Below, one piece after another: positions 47,624-52,602 of a DNA stretch of 52,602 bases (position 1 is its first letter; every line of letters begins with the position of its first letter). The notes below the pieces were generated by a model. The model was not told where the DNA came from. It searched no databases and saw only the letters and a program-made list of their open reading frames with translations. The stretch comes from a virus (lineage: Duplodnaviria; Caudoviricetes), in the IMG/VR virus record IMGVR_UViG_3300032303_000869, positions 1 to 52,602 of that record. The stretch is one strand, 5' to 3'. The position numbers and the translations under genes are program-made.

Positions 47624-48197
47624 GAGCCATCCATCTAGTAGTTTCACCATTAACTAAAAAATCTGGATCTGCATTTTTAGGCATACTTGTGTGCATGTAC
47701 AATGCTGTTTGTCTTATTCCAGATGTTACTGTTGTAATTCCGTGAAAATATTCAGTGCCAGAACTTGGAAAAAATACTGCAGAATATTGTTTTGGCTCAT
47801 AAACAAAATTTTGATTTGGAAAATATATTTTTCCACCAGTATATTCTGATTCATTATTTAAATATATTATTGTACTAAACTCAATCCATGGCTCTGGGTC
47901 TTGTGCATCTATGTGTAGTCCACCCTTTGTTCCTTCAGTCCAAATAGAACCAAATGCCTTAAATGTGTAAATTGGATTAACAAAACCGTTAAGTTCTTTG
48001 TGTTTATTATTTGATAGAATAGAATATTTTTTTAATATATCCATAACTCTTTTGTTATATGGAAAAGCGGTACCACCATATCTTTCTTTATAGTATTCTG
48101 GATATGGATTTATTTCGGATGGATTTTTTTGTTCATTAATTAATGCAGTTGCATCATCTTTATTTATAAAATTTTCTACTACCGTAATTCTATGCAT
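47598..48197 (-). CDS. Prolyl 4-hydroxylase-like 2OG-Fe(II) oxygenase
   Basis: HID...IIYLN...YTGGKIYF...FFPS...HGITTVTSGIR; SD AAGGAGG. Confidence 0.9.
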   Translation of the reverse strand: MHRITVVENFINKDDATALINEQKNPSEINPYPEYYKERYGGTAFPYNKRVMDILKKYSILSNNKHKELNGFVNPIYTFKAFGSIWTEGTKGGLHIDAQDPEPWIEFSTIIYLNNESEYTGGKIYFPNQNFVYEPKQYSAVFFPSSGTEYFHGITTVTSGIRQTALYMHTSMPKNADPDFLVNGETTRWMAHEHPLTKL

Positions 48198-48206
48198 ATT
48201 GCCTCC

Positions 48207-49019
48207 TTATTTAATCTCTATTTTTTTTATTTTACTATGAAACCTTGTTGCATCTGGAGTATCTATTGTATACCTTATTTTATTGTATAGAACATCATCA
48301 GTATCAAATGGTAAAAGTTTTAAATTTGATAAATCAAGATTATGATATTTTTCAAACTTTTCAGATTTAATTGTTTTATTTTTTATTAATAATAATAGTT
48401 TATTATATCCATGATATTTTGAATATGCTATATATTTTTCATCTTGGATTATTTTATCATAAAAAGAACTTTTCATACTTTTTATTTTAAATCCAATCTC
48501 AGTAAATAAAATTGACAACAACAGGTTGTCGCCATTCTTTTTTAAAAAATTTAATTTTGGAAAAAAAACTGAGTCTATCATTTTTAAAAAAATAAAATCT
48601 TCGCTTATCCATTGTGATTGTGATACATAATCACATATTTTATTTTCTGTTAAAATAAAAAATTTATTAATTTTTAAAGACACTAAATCTTTTCCAGATA
48701 CTATATTTAAATTTTCACATTCTTTTATTAATTCATTATCCCAACCTAAATTAAAAATAGTTGAGTCAGAAATTGATAAAAAATAATCAAACTTATTAGA
48801 TAAACTTTCTAATCTATAATCATAAATACTTTTTCTGTCATCCCATTTTATATGTTTATAATTTATGTTGCTTTTTTTATTAAAAAGTTCTGATCTATCT
48901 ATTGTGTTTTGATCATAAACATCAATAACAACTTCATTAAAAGCATTTTTTTGTAAATTTTCACAAAAACTTAACAAACCTTTGTTTTTATAAGAATAAA
49001 CAAAAACTTTAATCTTCAT
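48207..49019 (-). CDS. GT-A glycosyltransferase, Gnt1/GT60 (hydroxyproline GlcNAc-transferase)-like, divergent
   Basis: IKVFVYSYKN, VYDQ, DYFLSISDSTIFNLGWDNELI resemble IFVSIASYRD and YxLQIDSHxRFxxxWDxxLI. Start at 49019 by TAATG coupling. Confidence 0.55.
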   Translation of the reverse strand: MKIKVFVYSYKNKGLLSFCENLQKNAFNEVVIDVYDQNTIDRSELFNKKSNINYKHIKWDDRKSIYDYRLESLSNKFDYFLSISDSTIFNLGWDNELIKECENLNIVSGKDLVSLKINKFFILTENKICDYVSQSQWISEDFIFLKMIDSVFFPKLNFLKKNGDNLLLSILFTEIGFKIKSMKSSFYDKIIQDEKYIAYSKYHGYNKLLLLIKNKTIKSEKFEKYHNLDLSNLKLLPFDTDDVLYNKIRYTIDTPDATRFHSKIKKIEIK

Positions 49020-49675
49020 TATATTAAAGGAATCCAATGTTGCTCTGATGCTTTATCTCTGATTAAAGCCTTTAATGGATAAATGTCATACGCTAATGTT
49101 ATTCTTGGACCTTCCCAGTCCCAATCCCCCATAGCATGTGGATGTCCCATTTCTGAAATAACCAATCTATTATTTTTATTAATATTTTCTTTTATATTGT
49201 TTTCATTGTCATCAATCTTATAATATGTTATTGATGGTTCTGACTTTATAGAATAATACCCGTGAAAATATGGTGCCCAAGGTCCGCCATGTTCGTGCCA
49301 ACCAAGTTTTCCAGTATGATTATAATTAATATTAAACCATCCCTGTACCATATATTGCTGTTCTTCAAAATTAATTTCATAATATTCACATGCTTCTAAC
49401 ACCGTATCTTTTACAGCCTTAAAAACATTATAAATTTCTATATTATTAAATTGAAAAACATTATAGTCTTTCCATTTCATTGTTGAAAGACTGCCAGATT
49501 CTGCCCAAATTGTTTCTTTTTTAGTACTTACTCCTGGAACTTTTCCATTTTCTATATCAGAATATTGTTTGATTAAATAATTTGATAAACTATCTAAATC
49601 ATTATTAAGATATCTTTCAAAAAATTTATGAGGCTTGTCATAAACTTTAGGCTTTTTATAAAATTGACCATCCAT
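49019..49675 (-). CDS. Putative 2OG-Fe(II) oxygenase (HxH type)
   Basis: GWFNIN...WHEH...FHGYYSI...HPHAM...PRITLAYDI. Confidence 0.75.
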   Translation of the reverse strand: MDGQFYKKPKVYDKPHKFFERYLNNDLDSLSNYLIKQYSDIENGKVPGVSTKKETIWAESGSLSTMKWKDYNVFQFNNIEIYNVFKAVKDTVLEACEYYEINFEEQQYMVQGWFNINYNHTGKLGWHEHGGPWAPYFHGYYSIKSEPSITYYKIDDNENNIKENINKNNRLVISEMGHPHAMGDWDWEGPRITLAYDIYPLKALIRDKASEQHWIPLI

Positions 49676-49676
49676 A

Positions 49677-50405
49677 TTAGTATTCCTTCCTTTGCCAAGT
49701 AGTTTTTTTATAATGTGCAGTTATATGTGTTCTTCTTTTTTCTTCACGTATTTTATGTTTTAGAAGTGACTCTTTTGAATAGTCTATTTCTAAATTCCAA
49801 ACCTCTCTTTTAATTGGTATCATTTGAAATACAGGAGTTCCCTTTTTTATTTTTCCAATAAAATTTTTTTTAATAAAAAATGGAATAAATACTGGTAGTG
49901 CCCATATATCAGAATCAACAATACCAGATGTTACGTAAAATGGCAAATCTGGCCTATTTAATGGGTGAGTAATTAAAGTTGAATAATTTTTTGGAGTTTC
50001 CCAATAATAGTTCATTTTAACACCAAACTGTATTGGGTGACAATCTTCAGGTATTGCCATATCTACTGAAGGTCGTATATCCATTAAATTAGAATTTTGA
50101 TCCCACGATATAGATGGTTTTCCATTTTCATTAATATCAACTAAAACATCATTTTCTAATAAATACATATATCCTGATGCCATAGCATCAAAAAATGGCA
50201 AACAAAGTTTTGTTGAAACATCTGATCCGTCTGATCCTCGATCATTTACTGGATTTAAATCTTCTAAACTATGACTAGTCCCACCCTTATATCCAGCCAA
50301 ATCTTTATACCATTCTGGAATAACTGATACAGATTTTGTTGGAGCAGTTTCAGAATTTTTAGTGCTATTAGGATTACTAGGAATAAACTTAAATGTTTGA
50401 CTCAT
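49677..50405 (-). CDS. DUF6065-like (dUTPase-like fold) protein
   Basis: IPEWYK, KLCLPFFDAMASGY, THPLNR, SGIVDSD, IKKGTPVFQMIP. Likely start MSQTF at 50405. Confidence 0.65.
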   Translation of the reverse strand: MSQTFKFIPSNPNSTKNSETAPTKSVSVIPEWYKDLAGYKGGTSHSLEDLNPVNDRGSDGSDVSTKLCLPFFDAMASGYMYLLENDVLVDINENGKPSISWDQNSNLMDIRPSVDMAIPEDCHPIQFGVKMNYYWETPKNYSTLITHPLNRPDLPFYVTSGIVDSDIWALPVFIPFFIKKNFIGKIKKGTPVFQMIPIKREVWNLEIDYSKESLLKHKIREEKRRTHITAHYKKTTWQRKEY

Positions 50406-51039
50406 ATTCTTCAATAATCCTTTCTGATATATCACTATTTTTAATTATTATATCATAAATAGGTGTTCCAACATTAACTATACCATAGTTTTCTGTTTTC
50501 ATGTGTGGCCCGTGTTTTTTTATTGTAAAATCAACAAAAGGTGTATTAATAAAGTTATTGTCAAAATTTCTTTTAGAAAAAGTTATTGATTTTGTATAAA
50601 TATCAAAAACTAAACTATTTGTTTGAATCAAAAAACTTTCTTCAGATTCTATGGTCCAAGGTACGTAAAACCTATAAACTGGATTATTATTTAAACTATT
50701 ATATATATTTTTTGATGGATAAAACTGTCTTTGCCAACATTTATCAAGCATATATAAATATTTTTTTTTGTATTCAACCCAAATTTCTGCATGCGTTTTT
50801 TGTTTTAAAATTATTCCAGCATTAGTTTTAATTAATTCTGGCCTAGGATAAAAATATTCAACATATGGATTAACTGGTACTAAAACTTTATTTTTATAAC
50901 CCATATCTTTTAATAAACCACTATTAGAAAACTCTGATATTATTTTTGATTCTGCAACTAATGTACTAAAATCTTTTTCTGCAGAATTAATCCAATATTT
51001 AGAGCCAAGTATATTATTTTTTGCAAGTAAAACTGTCAT
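50389..51039 (-). CDS. Hypothetical protein, possibly a remote DUF6065 relative
   Basis: 216 aa, coupled ORF; RFYVPW and GIVNVGTPIYDI echo the KGTP motif of its neighbours. Confidence 0.55.
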   Translation of the reverse strand: MTVLLAKNNILGSKYWINSAEKDFSTLVAESKIISEFSNSGLLKDMGYKNKVLVPVNPYVEYFYPRPELIKTNAGIILKQKTHAEIWVEYKKKYLYMLDKCWQRQFYPSKNIYNSLNNNPVYRFYVPWTIESEESFLIQTNSLVFDIYTKSITFSKRNFDNNFINTPFVDFTIKKHGPHMKTENYGIVNVGTPIYDIIIKNSDISERIIEEYESNI

Positions 51040-51614
51040 TATGAATATATATTTTCATAAGGATTGAACTTAAATATTATATTTGTTATAAATTCATTAT
51101 CATTAAATTTTTTAAATTTTCTTGAATGCTTTTGTTGTTTGCCACAAAAAATAAGTGCTTGGTTATCTAATAAGGTATATTCTTTGCCTTCTATAGAAAG
51201 TGCCCAGTCAGTATTTGATTCTAATTGGTAATCAATCATAATTGTATCTTTATGCTCTGTTGAATCTATATGCTCTGTAAGTTTTGGATTTCCTAAATTT
51301 TTATTATATGAGATTACAGTTGCATTATCAATATACTTATAGTTTAATAAATTATTTTCTATAAGTTTTTGTGATATTTCATTTATTATTTTTTTAGGTA
51401 TTATCAAATTTCTTAAATCTGTTCTTGCAAAATCTGTTCTTACAAACCCAACAGTATCTATATTTTTTTGTAAAAATTCTTTATTATTTTTTTGTGAATA
51501 ATATTTTTCATAAGTCATCCAAATATTTTTTTCATTTAAATTTAAGTCAATTATACTTTTTAATAAAGTAATGCTATCTTTTGTCAATAATTCATTTATT
51601 ACTATATTTTTCAT
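51039..51614 (-). CDS. 2OG-Fe(II) oxygenase-like protein, paralog of 6841-7395
   Basis: GNPKLTEHID...IDYQLESNTDW...QKHSR. Confidence 0.65.
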   Translation of the reverse strand: MKNIVINELLTKDSITLLKSIIDLNLNEKNIWMTYEKYYSQKNNKEFLQKNIDTVGFVRTDFARTDLRNLIIPKKIINEISQKLIENNLLNYKYIDNATVISYNKNLGNPKLTEHIDSTEHKDTIMIDYQLESNTDWALSIEGKEYTLLDNQALIFCGKQQKHSRKFKKFNDNEFITNIIFKFNPYENIYS

Positions 51615-52360
51615 TTATATTTTTTATTTTTCCAAAATAAAGTTTTATACCCAGAATTAAATACCGTTCTTATGTGATACCTTTGTTCATCTAACTTAAT
51701 ATTAATATCTGTGTCTTTAATAATTTCATGCGAAAAATCTTCTCTTTTAAATGGTATTACTTGTAATAAGGGTGTTCCTTTTTTAACTATCCCCTTATAG
51801 TTTTTTTTAACAAAAAATGAAAATAAACCAGTTGGATAAAATTCATCAGTATCTATGACTCCTGGAACAGCCATAAGTGGAGATGAGTCGCTAAGCATTG
51901 GATTCATAAAAAGACAACTATATCCTGGCTGTGTTTTTATTAACCAAATCATATTTAATCTTAATAAATCTTTTACATAAAAATCTGGATCAATGGGCAT
52001 TTTATCAAATTGTTCTCTAAGATGGCTCCCAGTTAATGGGTATCTAGGTGAAACTTTTCCAGCAACATCAAATTTTAAAGTTTCTCCATCTAATGTATCT
52101 ATATAAATATCGCATGGGGCTTTTAATGTGTACCCCATTGATAAAACATCAAATATTGCTTGACACTTTTTAATTGTTAATTTTTGATTACCATTTTCTG
52201 GTGTTTTATCATTATCCATATACGATAATTGCAACTTATACCATTCTGGAATATTCTTTGATAGTGGTTCTGGCTCTGGAAAAGCATTTTCCATTTTAGG
52301 AAGAGAAGATGTAAAAGTAACAATACTTTCTATATTAATGTTTTGTTTTTCATTACTCAT
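51611..52360 (-). CDS. DUF6065-like protein, paralog of 49677-50405
   Basis: IPEWYK, TIKKCQAIFDVLSMGY, PGVIDTD, VKKGTPLLQVIPFKRE. Confidence 0.65.
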   Translation of the reverse strand: MSNEKQNINIESIVTFTSSLPKMENAFPEPEPLSKNIPEWYKLQLSYMDNDKTPENGNQKLTIKKCQAIFDVLSMGYTLKAPCDIYIDTLDGETLKFDVAGKVSPRYPLTGSHLREQFDKMPIDPDFYVKDLLRLNMIWLIKTQPGYSCLFMNPMLSDSSPLMAVPGVIDTDEFYPTGLFSFFVKKNYKGIVKKGTPLLQVIPFKREDFSHEIIKDTDINIKLDEQRYHIRTVFNSGYKTLFWKNKKYK

Positions 52361-52379
52361 CTTACCCCCAATTTATATA

Positions 52380-52388
52380 ATTATATCA
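52380..52388 (-). promoter_or_regulatory. Extended -10 promoter of the oxygenase island
   Basis: TGATATAAT in the gap after the Hint-like gene. Confidence 0.65.
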
Positions 52389-52396
52389 TATAACAA

Positions 52397-52602
52397 TTAG
52401 TGAGGCAAAGACTCCATAACAAGCATTTGTTCCGTAAAGAAGTTATCGTGTGGTTCACAGTGAATTGAAATGTTGGCATTTTCAACATTAACATCTTCAA
52501 CAACTTCAATATCTACGAAGCCATTTTCTTCAAAAGAATATCTTTGATATGTAGTATCAATTAAGTCTACTTTAGTATATTTTATAACATCATCTTTTTT
52601 AG
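52397..52602 (-). CDS. C-terminal fragment of a Hint (intein/Hedgehog-like) domain protein, 5'-truncated
   Basis: Not in the ORF track; hand translation KKDDVIKYTKVDLIDTTYQRYSFEENGFVDIEVVEDVNVENANISIHCEPHDNFFTEQMLVMESLPH*, resembling Hint block F/G (sixCEPxDNFFtxxmLV). Confidence 0.6.
   Translation of the reverse strand, partial: KKDDVIKYTKVDLIDTTYQRYSFEENGFVDIEVVEDVNVENANISIHCEPHDNFFTEQMLVMESLPH

Noticed and set aside
691-50825. All plus-strand ORFs in the track (e.g. 12881-13282, 27822-28214, 36664-37203)
   Set aside because: They are antisense shadows of long minus-strand genes, with no recognisable motifs.
45559-52360. Oxygenases as TET/JBP DNA base-modifying enzymes
   Set aside because: The motifs match P4H-like and other peptide or small-molecule 2OG families (mostly a distal Arg motif) rather than the TET/JBP signature, and no methyltransferase is adjacent. 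Not formally excluded without a profile search.
1-52602. tRNAs, integrase, lysis cassette, reverse transcriptase/DGR, stop-codon recoding
   Set aside because: Almost all intergenic gaps are too short for tRNAs and no cloverleaf was seen; no such proteins were recognised; genes are full length in the standard code with TAA, TAG and TGA all used as stops.

Overview
This window is a 52.6-kb, AT-rich segment of a large tailed dsDNA phage genome. It is siphovirus-like (2145-aa tape measure, major tail protein, no sheath), and its gene set and order resemble actinobacterial phages of the Streptomyces BE/BK type and their uncultured freshwater relatives; the host assignment is inference. Every credible gene is on the minus strand. 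Reading right to left, it contains: (1) the C-terminus of a Hint-like protein followed by an AT-rich modification-enzyme island (five 2OG-Fe(II) oxygenase-like genes, two or three DUF6065-like genes, a Gnt1-like glycosyltransferase, a sulfotransferase-like gene); (2) class II ribonucleotide reductase; (3) the head-neck-tail module; (4) replication and recombination genes (DnaB, primase, SSB, DnaE, RecA, Cas4-like nuclease, RuvC-like resolvase); (5) terminase; (6) a signal-peptide-bearing S-layer/Ig-like protein that runs off the left edge and is missing from the ORF track. The most notable observations are the Hint-linked hydroxylation/glycosylation island, the tail-chaperone G/GT frameshift apparently replaced by two paralogous genes, recurring promoters placed in the loops of anti-Shine-Dalgarno hairpins, and a nested scaffold gene with its own promoter inside the prohead protease. 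I saw no tRNA, CRISPR array, integrase or lysis cassette. All family calls come from motif recognition by eye, not database searches.
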